Shown one piece after another: positions 35,164 to 45,951 of a DNA stretch of 64,000 bases; within the stretch, counting starts at the first letter, position 1; the number at the start of each line of letters is the position of its first letter. Origin of the DNA: an uncultured Eisenbergiella sp. (GTDB lineage: Bacteria; Bacillota; Clostridia; Lachnospirales; Lachnospiraceae); the NCBI GenBank assembly GCA_947631815.1, contig CANRMT010000001.1:3401-67400 (forward strand), written 5' to 3'. A model generated the notes under the pieces. That model did not search any database, was not told where the DNA came from, and was given only the letters and a program-made list of their open reading frames with translations. The translations under genes were made by a program, and so were the position numbers.

Positions 35164-36846
35164 TTATGCCTCCTTTTTCGCAAGATCGTCCCCGTCAAAC
35201 ACCTCGCTGATGGCCGCGCCCGCGGGCACCATGGGGAACACCTTATCATCCTTCGGGATCACGCACTCGATCACCACAGGACCTTTGGCGCTGATGGCCG
35301 CTTCGATGGCCGGGGCCACTTCCGCCTTCTTCGTCACGCGAATGGCCTTACAGCCCAGCCCTTCGGATACCTTGCAGAAATCCACCTCGTCCTCCAGCAC
35401 CGTTTGGGAATACCGCTGTCCGTAAAACAGGGTCTGCCACTGGCGCACCATTCCCAGCACATGGTTGTTGATGATGATCTGGATGATAGGGATCTGATAA
35501 CGGCTGGCCGTCGCCAGCTCATTCATGTTCATACGGAAGCAGCCGTCTCCCGCGATATTGACGCAGATCTTCTCGGGACGGCCCATCTTCGCGCCGATGC
35601 AGGCGCCCAGACCGTAGCCCATGGTGCCCAGGCCGCCGGAGGAAAGGAAGGTGCGGGGCTTCGTATAATGGTAAAACTGCGCCGCCCACATCTGGTGCTG
35701 TCCCACATCCGTGGTGATCAGCGCCTCTCCCTTCGTGATCCGGTCCAGCTCCTCCATGATATAAGGGCAGCTCAGCTGGCTGTCATCATATTTGAGCGGG
35801 TATTTTTCCTTCAGCTCCAGGATGTGCGCCGTCCACTCCGGATGCTTTTTCTCCTCCATCTTATCGACCAGCTCGGTCAGGATCTGCTTCAGATCCCCCA
35901 CCACGGCCACGCTCGCCTTGATATTCTTGTTGATCTCAGCGGCGTCGATATCGATGTGCAGCACCTTGGCCCCGGCCGCGAATTTCGCGGCGTTCCCGAC
36001 CACGCGGTCGGAGAACCGCGCGCCCAGCGCGACCAGCAGATCGCATTCGCTGACGCCCAGGTTGGAGGCCTTGGTGCCGTGCATGCCGATCATGCCGGTA
36101 TAGAGCGGATCGTATCCGTCATAAGCGCCCTTGCCCATCAGCGTATCGCAGACCGGCGCGTCCAGCTTTTTGGCGAAAGCGCGCACCTCATCGGAGGCGT
36201 CGGAAAGGATCGCGCCGCCGCCCAGATAGATGAAGGGCTTTTTCGACTCCTTTAAAAGCGCCAGCGCCGCCTCGATATCCGCCTGCGTGTATTTGCTGAT
36301 CCGCTCCGGCTCCGGAGGCGTCATCGGCTCGAATTCACAGGTGTTGGCCGTCACATCCTTGGTCACGTCCACCAGCACCGGTCCCGGCCTGCCGGACCTG
36401 GCGATCTGAAACGCCTTGCGCAGCGTCTTCGCCAGGATGTTCACGTCCTTCACGATATACCCGTGTTTGGTGATGGGCATGGTCACGCCCGCGATATCCA
36501 CCTCCTGGAACGTATCCTTGCCTAACAGGGGCAGATTCACGTTGGCCGTGATCGCCACCATGGGCACGCTGTCCATATAGGCGGTGGCGATGCCGGTCAC
36601 CAGATTGGTGGCGCCGGGGCCGCTGGTGGCCATACAGACGCCCACCTTCCCGGTAGCCCTTGCATAGCCGTCCGCGGCGTGAGCCGCGCCCTGTTCATGA
36701 GAAGTCAATACATGGAAAATCTCATCGCTGTGCTTGTACAGCGCGTCGTAAACGTTCAGGATGGTGCCGCCCGGATAGCCGAACACCGTATCCACTCCCT
36801 GTTCCTTCAGACACTCGATGATGATCTCCGCACCTGTCAATACCAT
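35164..36846 (-). CDS. ilvB: Acetolactate synthase, large subunit
   Basis: FGYPGG, HEQGAAHAADGYARA, TSGPGATN, DVGQHQMW, SGGLGTMG, GDGCFRMN. Confidence 0.95.
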   Translation of the reverse strand: MVLTGAEIIIECLKEQGVDTVFGYPGGTILNVYDALYKHSDEIFHVLTSHEQGAAHAADGYARATGKVGVCMATSGPGATNLVTGIATAYMDSVPMVAITANVNLPLLGKDTFQEVDIAGVTMPITKHGYIVKDVNILAKTLRKAFQIARSGRPGPVLVDVTKDVTANTCEFEPMTPPEPERISKYTQADIEAALALLKESKKPFIYLGGGAILSDASDEVRAFAKKLDAPVCDTLMGKGAYDGYDPLYTGMIGMHGTKASNLGVSECDLLVALGARFSDRVVGNAAKFAAGAKVLHIDIDAAEINKNIKASVAVVGDLKQILTELVDKMEEKKHPEWTAHILELKEKYPLKYDDSQLSCPYIMEELDRITKGEALITTDVGQHQMWAAQFYHYTKPRTFLSSGGLGTMGYGLGACIGAKMGRPEKICVNIAGDGCFRMNMNELATASRYQIPIIQIIINNHVLGMVRQWQTLFYGQRYSQTVLEDEVDFCKVSEGLGCKAIRVTKKAEVAPAIEAAISAKGPVVIECVIPKDDKVFPMVPAGAAISEVFDGDDLAKKEA

Positions 36847-36986
36847 ATGTGCACTCTCCTGTCATTGTGATCGATACCGGCCGCGGCTGAGAAACAGCCT
36901 CACGCACGGACCGGTCATCTCCATCTTCTATACCCCGGCTGCTCCTTTCTGTCGAAGCAGCTCTCTCCCGCCTGCCGCGGCGGTCT

Positions 36987-38654
36987 TTATTTTCGGATCT
37001 CCAGGACCGCGCCGCGGTTGCCGCTGGTGACCATCTCCCGATACCGGGCCAGATAGCCGGTCGTGACCTTCGGCTCCCTGGGCTGCCATTTCGCACGCCG
37101 CGCCGCCAGCTCCTCGTCGGACACCTTCAGATCCAGCCGGTTCTCCGGAATGTTGATGCTGATGATATCGCCCTCTTCCACCAGCGCGATGGGGCCGCCC
37201 ACTGCCGCCTCCGGGGAAATATGGCCGATGGAAGCGCCTCTGGACGCGCCGGAAAAACGGCCGTCCGTGATCAGCGCCACGCTGGAGCCCAGTCCCATGC
37301 CCGCGATGGCGGAGGTGGGATTGAGCATTTCCCGCATGCCGGGGCCGCCCTTGGGACCCTCGTAGCGGATCACCACCACGTCTCCGGCCACGATCTTTCC
37401 GCCCTTGATCGCTTCAATGGCGTCCTCCTCGCAGTCGAACACCCGGGCCGGGCCTTCATGGACCATCATCTCCGGCACCACCGCGGAGCGCTTCACCACG
37501 CCCGTATCGGGGGCCAGGTTGCCCTTGAGCACCGCGATGCCGCCGGTCTGGGAATAAGGGTTCTCCACCGGACGGATGACCTGGGGATTCCTGTTCACAC
37601 AGCCGGAGATATTCTCGCCCACGGTCTTTCCCGTCACCGTGATCAGATCCGTGTAAAGCAGGCCTTTCTTATTTAACTCGTTCATCACCGCGTAGACGCC
37701 GCCCGCCTCGTTCAGATCCTCCATATAGGTGGGACCGGCCGGGGCCAGATGGCACAGGTTGGGCGTCCGGGCGGACAGCTCGTTGGCGATCTCCATGTTC
37801 AGCTCCACGCCTGCCTCATGGGCGATAGCGGGCAGATGCAGCATGGAATTGGTGGAGCAGCCCAGCGCCATGTCCACGGTCAGCGCGTTCAGGAACGCCT
37901 TCTCGCTCATGATGTCCCGGGGACGGATATTTTTTTCCACCAGCTCCATGATCTTCATGCCGGCGTGCTTGGCCAGCCGGATCCGCTCGGAATAGACGGC
38001 GGGGATCGTGCCGTTCCCCTGCAGGCCCATGCCCAGCGCCTCGGTGAGGCAGTTCATGGAATTAGCCGTGTACATGCCGGAGCAGGAGCCGCAGGTGGGA
38101 CATACCTTTTCCTCAAATTCCGCCAGATCCTCCATCGTCATGGTACCGGCGGCCACGGAGCCCACCGCCTCGAACATGGAAGACAGGCTCCTCTTTTCCC
38201 CTTTGACATGTCCCGCCAGCATGGGGCCGCCGGAGACGAAGATCGTAGGGATGTTCACCCTGGCCGCGGCCATCAGAAGACCGGGCACATTTTTATCGCA
38301 GTTGGGGATGCAGACCAGGCCGTCGAACTGATGGGCGATGGCCATGCACTCCGTGCTGTCGCAGATCAGATCCCGGGTCACCAGGGAATATTTCATTCCC
38401 ACATGTCCCATGGCGATGCCATCGCAGACCGCGATGGCGGGAAACACCACCGGCGTACCGCCCGCCATGGCCACGCCCATTTTCACAGCCTCGGTGATCT
38501 TATCCAGATTCATATGGCCGGGCACGATCTCGTTATAGGAACTCACGATACCGATCAGAGGGCGGTTCCGCTCCTCCTCGGTGAAGCCCAGCGCGTTGAA
38601 CAGACTCCTGTGGGGTGCCTGCTGCACGCCCTTTGTCACATTGTCACTGATCAT
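36987..38654 (-). CDS. ilvD: Dihydroxy-acid dehydratase
   Basis: [49 protein letters not shown]. Confidence 0.96.
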   Translation of the reverse strand: MISDNVTKGVQQAPHRSLFNALGFTEEERNRPLIGIVSSYNEIVPGHMNLDKITEAVKMGVAMAGGTPVVFPAIAVCDGIAMGHVGMKYSLVTRDLICDSTECMAIAHQFDGLVCIPNCDKNVPGLLMAAARVNIPTIFVSGGPMLAGHVKGEKRSLSSMFEAVGSVAAGTMTMEDLAEFEEKVCPTCGSCSGMYTANSMNCLTEALGMGLQGNGTIPAVYSERIRLAKHAGMKIMELVEKNIRPRDIMSEKAFLNALTVDMALGCSTNSMLHLPAIAHEAGVELNMEIANELSARTPNLCHLAPAGPTYMEDLNEAGGVYAVMNELNKKGLLYTDLITVTGKTVGENISGCVNRNPQVIRPVENPYSQTGGIAVLKGNLAPDTGVVKRSAVVPEMMVHEGPARVFDCEEDAIEAIKGGKIVAGDVVVIRYEGPKGGPGMREMLNPTSAIAGMGLGSSVALITDGRFSGASRGASIGHISPEAAVGGPIALVEEGDIISINIPENRLDLKVSDEELAARRAKWQPREPKVTTGYLARYREMVTSGNRGAVLEIRK

Positions 38655-38738
38655 ATGCTCTCCTTTCCCATATCCCGTCGGCAAAAAAGTCCGCCCCGTT
38701 CCCCGGAGCCGTCTTCCTCCGCTCCTTCCAAAAAACGC

Positions 38739-39821
38739 TCAGATCCGCTCCGCCAGAAGATCTCCCATCTGTCGGCATCCCACAAGCGTGCATCCCTTCG
38801 ACATGATATCGCCGGTACGGTAGCCGTCTTTGAGCACCTGCCGCACGGCTTCCTCCACCGCGTCGGCCTCCGCATCCAGATCGAAGGAATAGCGCAGCAT
38901 CATGGCGGCGCTTAAGACCGTGGCGATGGGATTCGCCGCGTCCTTTCCCGCGATGTCCGGCGCGCTGCCGTGGCTGGGCTCATACAGGCCGAACTTCGTA
39001 TCGTTCAGGCTGGCGGATGAAAGCATGCCGATGGAGCCCGTCACCATACTGGCTTCATCGGAAAGGATGTCGCCGAACATGTTTTCCGTCAGGATCACGT
39101 CGAACTGTGCCGGATCCTTCACCAGCTGCATGGCGCAGTTGTCCACCAGCACATGCTCCAGCTTCACATCCGGATAGTCCTTCGCCACTTCGTTGACCAC
39201 CGCCCGCCAGAGCCTAGAGGAATCCAGCACGTTGGCCTTGTCCACGCTGCTCACCTTGCCGCGGCGCTTGCGGGCGATCTCGAACCCCTTGACCGCGATG
39301 CGGCGGATCTCATTCTCATCGTAGGTCAGCGTATCGACCGCTCTGCGGACGCCGTTCTCCGTCACGGTCCGGCGCTCGCCGAAGTACAGACCGCCGGTCA
39401 GCTCCCGCATGATCAGCATATCAAACCCGGCCCTGCTGATCTCCTCCTTCAGGGGGCAGGCAGCAGCCAGCTCCGGGTACAGATAGGCCGGACGCAGGTT
39501 GGCGAACAGGTTCAGCGCCTTGCGGATCCCCAGAAGCCCCGCCTCGGGACGCCTGTCCGGCGGCAGCTGATACCATGGGGAGGTATTGGGATCCCCGCCG
39601 ATGGAACCCATGAGCACCGCGTCCGCCGCCTTCGCCGCCGCGACCGTCTCATCGGTCAGCGGCACACCGTATGCGTCGATGGACGCGCCGCCCATCAGCA
39701 CATCCTTCATATCCAGCTTATGGCCGTATTTCTCTGCCACCTTTTCCAAAACCTTCTTCGCCTCGGCCACGATCTCCGGGCCGATCCCGTCGCCGGGAAT
39801 GCAGACAATATGCAGTTCCAT
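38739..39821 (-). CDS. leuB: 3-isopropylmalate dehydrogenase
   Basis: [49 protein letters not shown]. Confidence 0.96.
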   Translation of the reverse strand: MELHIVCIPGDGIGPEIVAEAKKVLEKVAEKYGHKLDMKDVLMGGASIDAYGVPLTDETVAAAKAADAVLMGSIGGDPNTSPWYQLPPDRRPEAGLLGIRKALNLFANLRPAYLYPELAAACPLKEEISRAGFDMLIMRELTGGLYFGERRTVTENGVRRAVDTLTYDENEIRRIAVKGFEIARKRRGKVSSVDKANVLDSSRLWRAVVNEVAKDYPDVKLEHVLVDNCAMQLVKDPAQFDVILTENMFGDILSDEASMVTGSIGMLSSASLNDTKFGLYEPSHGSAPDIAGKDAANPIATVLSAAMMLRYSFDLDAEADAVEEAVRQVLKDGYRTGDIMSKGCTLVGCRQMGDLLAERI

Positions 39822-39870
39822 CGCAAACCTCCTCCTGAAAAATCCGCGCACGGGCAGACTCATAAAGCCT

Positions 39871-39899
39871 ATTCTATCTCAAAATCTTTCTTTTTTCAA
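39871..39899 (-). promoter_or_regulatory. Sigma-A promoter of leuB-ilvD-ilvB
   Basis: TTGAAA-17 nt-TAGAAT about 50 nt upstream of leuB. Confidence 0.7.
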
Positions 39900-39908
39900 C
39901 CGTATGCG

Positions 39909-39941
39909 AAAAAAAGACCATATCCTTTCGATATGGTCTTT
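39909..39941 (-). terminator. Intrinsic terminator after hflC
   Basis: 12-bp perfect stem aaagaccatatc/gatatggtcttt ending in a T7 run on the minus strand. Confidence 0.8.
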
Positions 39942-40037
39942 ATAATATTTCGGAATAGAAACGGCTCTTACTATTCTCCAGAGACATAGAAGGGAGAGAT
40001 CCGTGCGCCCAAATGCCCGCCGGACGCCCCCTCCGGA

Positions 40038-40910
40038 TCATTCGTACCCGTAGAACACCTGCGCCAGCGGCGACGTCTTATCCAGGATCAGCGTATTGCC
40101 GCCGCCCGTCAGGGCCGCCTTGGCCGCATCCAGCGCGCGGACGAACTCATAGAAATCCGCCTTGTCCGGATCGTTGTAAGCGCCTGAAAGGATCTGCATA
40201 TACTGCGCCTCGCCCTCGGCCTTGATCTTCTCCGCTTCCGCGGCAGCCTCCGACTTCATGACCGAGATCTCCTTGGACGTGTCGTTGATGATCTTCTGCG
40301 CGGAGGATTTGCCTTCCGCCGTATAAGTGGCCGCGATGTTGTCGCGTTCGGAGATCATCCGCTCGTATACGGACTGCTTGTTGTCGTCCGGCATATCCAG
40401 CGCCTTGGTCTCCACGGCGACGACCTGGATCCCGTAGCTGTCCAGGGACCCGCCGATGTTGCCGCTGATGTCCAGCGCCAGCTTGCCGTCCCGGTTCTCG
40501 ATGATATCCGCCTGGTCCATATTGGAGATCACGGATTTCATGGAGGAGAACACCGTGGCGTTGATGCGGGACTGCGCCTGCGCCACCTGTCCGTTCAGAT
40601 GTCTGGTGAACTGCACCGGATCGGAGATCTTCCATAATACAAAGGCGTCCACGATCATGGTCTTTTTATCCTTGGTGATGACATCCGACTTGGGGATATC
40701 GTAGAGCTGCAGCTGCTTCGGGACCGAGTCGGCCTCCTGTATGAACGGGATCTTGAAGGATACGCCCGGTTCGTCCGTCACCCGGACGATCTCCCCGAAC
40801 TGCTTGATCAGCTTATACTCGTTCGGATAGGTGACCACCAGAGAAGAAAACAGCATGACGACAGCCGCCAGCACGATCACGATACCCAGAATCTTTCCTG
40901 CTCCCTTCAT
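40038..40910 (-). CDS. hflC: FtsH protease modulator HflC (SPFH domain)
   Basis: N-terminal TM helix, FKIPFIQ, DVITKDKKTMIVD, VYERMISER, FYEFVRAL. Confidence 0.9.
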   Translation of the reverse strand: MKGAGKILGIVIVLAAVVMLFSSLVVTYPNEYKLIKQFGEIVRVTDEPGVSFKIPFIQEADSVPKQLQLYDIPKSDVITKDKKTMIVDAFVLWKISDPVQFTRHLNGQVAQAQSRINATVFSSMKSVISNMDQADIIENRDGKLALDISGNIGGSLDSYGIQVVAVETKALDMPDDNKQSVYERMISERDNIAATYTAEGKSSAQKIINDTSKEISVMKSEAAAEAEKIKAEGEAQYMQILSGAYNDPDKADFYEFVRALDAAKAALTGGGNTLILDKTSPLAQVFYGYE

Positions 40911-42079
40911 TGCGCCTCCTCCTCTCCGTCTTCATTTCCGCTGCCCGTCTCTCCCGACGCATCACCCGCAGACGCGGCGCCCGCAGCTCTGCTTCCAGAA
41001 ACATTCGCGCCCGTCAGACCGCCGGAGGACGTTCCGCCTGCGCTGCCGACGGCCGTATTCTGTCCGCCCACGCCGCCGAAATCATCCAGCGGCAGGAGCT
41101 TTTGCGTCCCGCTCTCATCCACGATATAGATCCGCAGGCTGGGCAGGACCTCTTCCATGGTCTCGTAGAACATCCGCTGCTTGGTGATCAGCGGATACTT
41201 GGTATACTCCTCGTACATCTGCTCAAAACGGGAAACCTGTCCCTCCGCCTCATTGATCCTGGCCTCCTTCTGGGCCTCGGCGTCCTTGATGATCTGGTCA
41301 CACTCGGCCTCCGCCAGCGGGATCTGCTCATTGCGCTGCTTGTTGGCGTTGTTGATGGCCGTATCCTTGCCCTGCTTGGCGTTCTCCACGTTCTTGAAGG
41401 CGTTCAGGACTTCCGTGGTGGGCGGGAAGGCGTCCTGGATCGTGATCTTTTCTACCGAAAGGCCGATGTCCTCCTGGATCATGCGCTGCGACAGCTTTTC
41501 CTGGATCACGGACTGGATCTCTGCCTTGCCGGTGGTGATCACGTCGTCTACATTGTAAATGCCCACCGTGTCGCGGATGTAGGACTGCGCCAGCATTTTG
41601 AGCATCCCCTCCGGATCTTCGGAGGCGTACAGATATTTCACCGGATCGCTGACCTTGTACTCCAGATAAAAATCAGTATTTACGAAATTGAAATCCTTGG
41701 TGATCATCACCGATTCCTCATCGATGGACTCGCCCGTTTCGATATCGTACCCGATGGGCATTCCCATGATGACCTTGGAAACCCTGCGCACATGCTGGAG
41801 GAACGGGATCTTGAAATGCAGGCCCGCCTGGGATACGGTCTCGGCCCTGCCCAGCGTGGTGACCACCGCGTAGTTGTCCTCATCCAGCATATAATAGCAG
41901 TTTCCCCCTATGATCAGCAGACAGAACAGGACCGCGGCGATGACGACGATCCGGAAGGGAAACTTCCCGCGCACGCGCCGCCCATTGGAGCCGAAATGCT
42001 CCGGCTGGCCCTGCTGTTCCTCCTGCTTTTTCTGATAGAAGCTGCTAAAGGGGTTGGTCCCCCCGTACTTTTGCTCCAT
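40907..42079 (-). CDS. hflK: FtsH protease modulator HflK (SPFH domain)
   Basis: AGLHFKIPF, MITKDFNFV, AINNANKQRNEQIPLAEA, ITKQRMFYETMEEVL. Confidence 0.9.
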   Translation of the reverse strand: MEQKYGGTNPFSSFYQKKQEEQQGQPEHFGSNGRRVRGKFPFRIVVIAAVLFCLLIIGGNCYYMLDEDNYAVVTTLGRAETVSQAGLHFKIPFLQHVRRVSKVIMGMPIGYDIETGESIDEESVMITKDFNFVNTDFYLEYKVSDPVKYLYASEDPEGMLKMLAQSYIRDTVGIYNVDDVITTGKAEIQSVIQEKLSQRMIQEDIGLSVEKITIQDAFPPTTEVLNAFKNVENAKQGKDTAINNANKQRNEQIPLAEAECDQIIKDAEAQKEARINEAEGQVSRFEQMYEEYTKYPLITKQRMFYETMEEVLPSLRIYIVDESGTQKLLPLDDFGGVGGQNTAVGSAGGTSSGGLTGANVSGSRAAGAASAGDASGETGSGNEDGEEEAQ

Positions 42080-42160
42080 ACCTGCCTCCCTTTTACCGCC
42101 CATGCGGCACATTTTGCGGGCGCGGAACGCACGCCGCCCGCGCCCCGCCGTACGTCCTTC

Positions 42161-43357
42161 TCAGAGATAAAGCATTTCCGAATAGGCCATGAGGAAGGGA
42201 CCGCTGCCCTTCCCCTCGTCCGGCAGATAATACTCGGTCAGTTCGTAGTTATTGGTATTGTTGGCGCTGGCCTTCAGATAAATATCCTCCAGCCCGCGGT
42301 CCGTCAGCTTCCGCTCCACCAGCGCATGGAACGCGCGCACGGCCGCATCCCGATAGGAAGCGTCCAGCCAGCCTTTGCGGACGCCCTTCAGGATCGTATA
42401 GATGAACATGGCCGTTCCGCTGGTCTCCAGACGGTTGGTATCCGTCGCCGGCCGGTCAGCCAGATTCGCCCACAGGCCGCTTTCATCCTGATAACGCAGG
42501 ATCCCGTCCGCGAAGATCTTCAGGGCCGCCTTCCGCTTCTCCATATACGCCTCCGGCAGGCTCTCCATCACATCCGCCATGGCCATACCGTACCAGCCCA
42601 TGGCCCGCGACCAGTGATACGGGCAGACGTCCTCCCGGCTGTTGCAGGCATGATAGTACAAGCCGTTCGGCGCCAGCATCACATCTGCCACCCAGTCCAG
42701 CCGTTCCTGCACCAGCGCAAGCTGGGCCGCGTCCCCGATCCGCGCCGCATGGTGCGCGAGGAAGGGCTGCAGCATATAGATGCCGTCCAGCCAGACCTTA
42801 TATTTGGGAGGCTGTCCTCCCGCCCAGCAGTGCCAGTAGTTATGGCCCAGCGCGCTCTCCGTGAATTCCTTCGGCACATTGTTCCCTTTGGAATTCAGCT
42901 GTCCCGTATCGGTCAGGTCCCGGTACAGCTCTGCCGCGATCTCCTGCCAGTCCGGCGATCCGTCCGCCATCCGGTCCAGAAGGGCCGCCGTCTTGTAGCA
43001 GTCTGCGCCGTGGTGATCCACATAGCCCGCCAGATTCCGGCTCAGCCGCTTCGCGCCGTCCGCATCCGTCACGACCATGCTGTCCAGATATTCCTTCACG
43101 TAATCATGATAAGCCTTTCCGGCCTCCGGATCCGCTTCATAGATATCCAAAAGTCCTTCCATGACCACGCCGTTGTAATAGCTCCAGTCGAACAGATAGG
43201 GCTTTGCGGACGGCGTGCGCTTCTCATTGTCCCAGGTGAAGAACCTGTGCTCATCGGACACCACCAGCCGCGGTATGTTCTGATCCGAATCCACGGTGAG
43301 CGCATCAATGTACGCCTTTGCCCTTTGCATGATCTCTTTTTGCTTCTGCTCCGCCAT
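42161..43357 (-). CDS. GH105/GH88-like unsaturated glycuronyl hydrolase
   Basis: DWSYYNGVV, VWLDGIYMLQPFLA, GLYYHA, WSRAMGWY, YQDESGLW, LETSGTAMF, GSGPFLMA. Confidence 0.85.
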   Translation of the reverse strand: MAEQKQKEIMQRAKAYIDALTVDSDQNIPRLVVSDEHRFFTWDNEKRTPSAKPYLFDWSYYNGVVMEGLLDIYEADPEAGKAYHDYVKEYLDSMVVTDADGAKRLSRNLAGYVDHHGADCYKTAALLDRMADGSPDWQEIAAELYRDLTDTGQLNSKGNNVPKEFTESALGHNYWHCWAGGQPPKYKVWLDGIYMLQPFLAHHAARIGDAAQLALVQERLDWVADVMLAPNGLYYHACNSREDVCPYHWSRAMGWYGMAMADVMESLPEAYMEKRKAALKIFADGILRYQDESGLWANLADRPATDTNRLETSGTAMFIYTILKGVRKGWLDASYRDAAVRAFHALVERKLTDRGLEDIYLKASANNTNNYELTEYYLPDEGKGSGPFLMAYSEMLYL

Positions 43358-44558
43358 TCCTGCCGCCTCCATTCTTTCCGGAATCTTTTCTGGGCCTCGC
43401 CTTCGGTTCCAGAAGGCATACGGCCTCTGTACTCCCCGTCCAGGGGAACATATCCACCGGCCAGACCTCCCTGGCCCAATAGCCCGCCTTTTCCAGGATC
43501 CCCACGTCCCGTTCCAGCGTCTCGGGACTGCAGGACACATAGACGATCCTGGAAGGACGGATCTGTGCCGCGGCCTCCAGAAATTCCGGGCTGCTCCCCG
43601 CCCTGGGCGGGTCCATGAACAGCACGTCCACGCGCTGACCGTCCGCCGCGCAGCTCTTCAGGAAGTGCCCCGCGTCGTCCCGGTAAAACCGGATATTGCG
43701 CACACCGTTTTCCTTCGCATTGGCTACGGCATCCCGCACGGCCTCCGGATTGCTTTCCACCCCGAGGACCCTTCCGGCGCGCCCCGCCGCCACAATGCCG
43801 ATGGTCCCCGTCCCGCAGTATGCGTCCACCACCGTTTCCTTCCCGGTGAGACCGGCCAACTCCACCGCCTTCTCATACAGCTTCTGCGCCTGGACGGGAT
43901 TCACCTGATAAAAGGACGCGGGCGAGATCCTGAACCGGCGGCCGCAGAGCGTATCCTCGATATATCCCTTCCCGTACAGCGTCTGATACCGGTCTCCCAG
44001 GATCAGGCTGTCCGTGCGCCCGTTCACGTTCTGGAGCACCGTGGTGATCTCCGGATGCGCCTTCAACAACGCATCGGTGAAATTGCGTTTGGAAGGGAAC
44101 ACCGGAGAGGCGGTCACCAGCACCACCATGATCTGTCCGGTAAAGCATCCCGAACGGATCAGCACATAGCGCAGCAGACCGCGGCCGCTGTCCTCGTCGT
44201 AAACCCGGAGCTTGAAGGGGCGCAGCAGAGTGCGGATCGTCTTCAGGATGGCGTCCGCCTCCCGCGCCTCGATCGCACAGGCCTCCACCGGCACGATGCG
44301 GTGGCTGTTCTCCTCATAAATGCCCGACACCGGCACACCCTTCTGGTCCAGGCCGAACGCGGAGACCACCTTATGCCGGTAATGCCAGGGATCCTCCATG
44401 CCGATGACCGGATGCACCCTACAGTGGGACTGCATCAGTTCCCGGACCGCGCGCCTTTTTTCCTCCAGCTGCTTCTCATAGGACAAATGCAGGTATCTGC
44501 AGCCCCCGCACTGCTTATCATACGGGCAGGGGCCCGCCTGATGCCGTTCCTTCTCCAT
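43305..44558 (-). CDS. rlmD: 23S rRNA (uracil-C5)-methyltransferase RlmD
   Basis: CPYDKQCGGC, YRHK, ISPASFYQVN, DAYCGTGTIG, MDPPRAG, YVSCSPETLERD, VDMFP. Confidence 0.92.
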   Translation of the reverse strand: MEKERHQAGPCPYDKQCGGCRYLHLSYEKQLEEKRRAVRELMQSHCRVHPVIGMEDPWHYRHKVVSAFGLDQKGVPVSGIYEENSHRIVPVEACAIEAREADAILKTIRTLLRPFKLRVYDEDSGRGLLRYVLIRSGCFTGQIMVVLVTASPVFPSKRNFTDALLKAHPEITTVLQNVNGRTDSLILGDRYQTLYGKGYIEDTLCGRRFRISPASFYQVNPVQAQKLYEKAVELAGLTGKETVVDAYCGTGTIGIVAAGRAGRVLGVESNPEAVRDAVANAKENGVRNIRFYRDDAGHFLKSCAADGQRVDVLFMDPPRAGSSPEFLEAAAQIRPSRIVYVSCSPETLERDVGILEKAGYWAREVWPVDMFPWTGSTEAVCLLEPKARPRKDSGKNGGGRNGGAEAKRDHAKGKGVH

Positions 44559-45127
44559 TACAGAATGATAGCCTCCAGCTTTCTCTTGGGAACGTAGTGC
44601 ACGTCATTTTCGTCCCGATAGTAATTGGTCTTACCGTCTTCACCCACCTCCGTCAGGACGACGGTCTCAGCAGGCTTCCCGAACGCCACGATCAGAAGCG
44701 GGGTGAGCTCCTCCGCCAGCCCCAGCGTCTCCTTCACCGTCTCCGGATTGAAATTTCCGATCATGCAGCCGCCCAGGCCCTGATCCACGGCCGCCAGCAG
44801 CATGGTCTGCGCCACGATGCCCACGTCCTTTAGGAAGGCGCCTGCTGCGATCTTCGTATCCTGGCAGATCACAATGAAGGCGGTGGGGTGCATCCCGTCA
44901 TGCGGCAGGGTGAGCTGCGGCAGCGCGGCCGCCCACTTCGTCATGGCCTGGATCTGGTCCACCTTGTCCTTCTCCCAGGCGAGATAATATTTAAACGGCT
45001 GCTTGTTCACGCTGGAAGGCGTGAATCTGGCGCAGTCCACGAACTCCAAAAGCTCCTCTCTTGTGATCCTGCGGGACTCGTCGAACCCGCGATAGCTCCT
45101 ATTGCGTTTTACAAGGTCTTTAAACAT
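44558..45127 (-). CDS. Nitroreductase family protein
   Basis: RNRSYRGF, ARFTPSSVNKQP, DVGIVAQTMLLAAVDQGLGGCMIG, YVPKRKL; TAATG overlap with rlmD. Confidence 0.9.
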   Translation of the reverse strand: MFKDLVKRNRSYRGFDESRRITREELLEFVDCARFTPSSVNKQPFKYYLAWEKDKVDQIQAMTKWAAALPQLTLPHDGMHPTAFIVICQDTKIAAGAFLKDVGIVAQTMLLAAVDQGLGGCMIGNFNPETVKETLGLAEELTPLLIVAFGKPAETVVLTEVGEDGKTNYYRDENDVHYVPKRKLEAIIL

Positions 45128-45194
45128 AGGTAAGGACTCCTTTCTTTTCAGAGGAAACAGCGCGAAACGCCTTTGCCGCTTCTCCTTTTCATAC

Positions 45195-45247
45195 AAAAAA
45201 GCTGACTCCTTCTGCGCGGTCCTGCATCACACAAAAGTCATCAGCTT
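45195..45247 (-). terminator. Probable terminator after rplT
   Basis: aagctga.../...tcagctt pairing ending in T6 on the minus strand. Confidence 0.5.
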
Positions 45248-45307
45248 CCTTTGCTTTGTAACGTTCTTTCCCGGGTTGATGCCTTTCGGTGATCCAGGGG
45301 AACAAGA

Positions 45308-45664
45308 TTATGCGATCTTGGTCTTCGCCAGCTCGGCCAGCGACGCAAAGCCTTCCGCATCGTTCACCGCCATCTCGGCGAGCATCTTTCTGTTGATCTC
45401 CACATCGGCCAGCTTCAGACCGTACATGAACTTGGAATAGGACAGGCCGTTGATCCTGGCCGCCGCGTTGATACGGGCGATCCAGAGCTGCCTCATCTGG
45501 CGCTTTCTTTCCTTCCGGCCGACATAGGAAGCGGCCATCGCTCTCATCACATACTGCTTCGCGATCCTGTACTGTGTTCTCTTCGCGCCCTTAAAGCCCT
45601 TTGCGAGTTTCAATACTCTATTATGTTTCTTTCTGGCATTCATGCCACCCTTAACTCTCGCCAT
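45308..45664 (-). CDS. rplT: 50S ribosomal protein L20
   Basis: MARVKGG...ARKKH...[11 protein letters not shown]...[10 protein letters not shown]. Confidence 0.98.
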   Translation of the reverse strand: MARVKGGMNARKKHNRVLKLAKGFKGAKRTQYRIAKQYVMRAMAASYVGRKERKRQMRQLWIARINAAARINGLSYSKFMYGLKLADVEINRKMLAEMAVNDAEGFASLAELAKTKIA

Positions 45665-45685
45665 CTCAAAAATCCTCCTTACGAC

Positions 45686-45883
45686 TTATAAATACGGCAA
45701 AATCTTCTTCATATTCTTAACATTGGCAGCGTCCGTAATCGTCGCTTTCCTGAGATTTCTCTTTCTCTTCGTGGATTTCTTCGTTAAGATATGGCTCTTA
45801 TAAGCTTTATTCCTCTTCAGCTTACCGTTACCGGTCAGTTTGAACCGTTTTGCAGCGGACCTGCTTGTCTTCATTTTAGGCAT
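45686..45883 (-). CDS. rpmI: 50S ribosomal protein L35
   Basis: [15 protein letters not shown]...[12 protein letters not shown]. Confidence 0.98.
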   Translation of the reverse strand: MPKMKTSRSAAKRFKLTGNGKLKRNKAYKSHILTKKSTKRKRNLRKATITDAANVKNMKKILPYL

Positions 45884-45951
45884 GTCTGTGATCTCCTCCT
45901 GTTACAATCCTTCAATCCGTTTTCGCCATGATGCGATGCCGCCGTCAGCGG

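Noticed and set aside
40910-43618. 902-aa plus-strand ORF (and similar long antisense ORFs at 6580, 10280, 24184, 27187, 47719 and 56898)
   Set aside because: Mirror frames of well-supported minus-strand genes, with no SD or family motifs.
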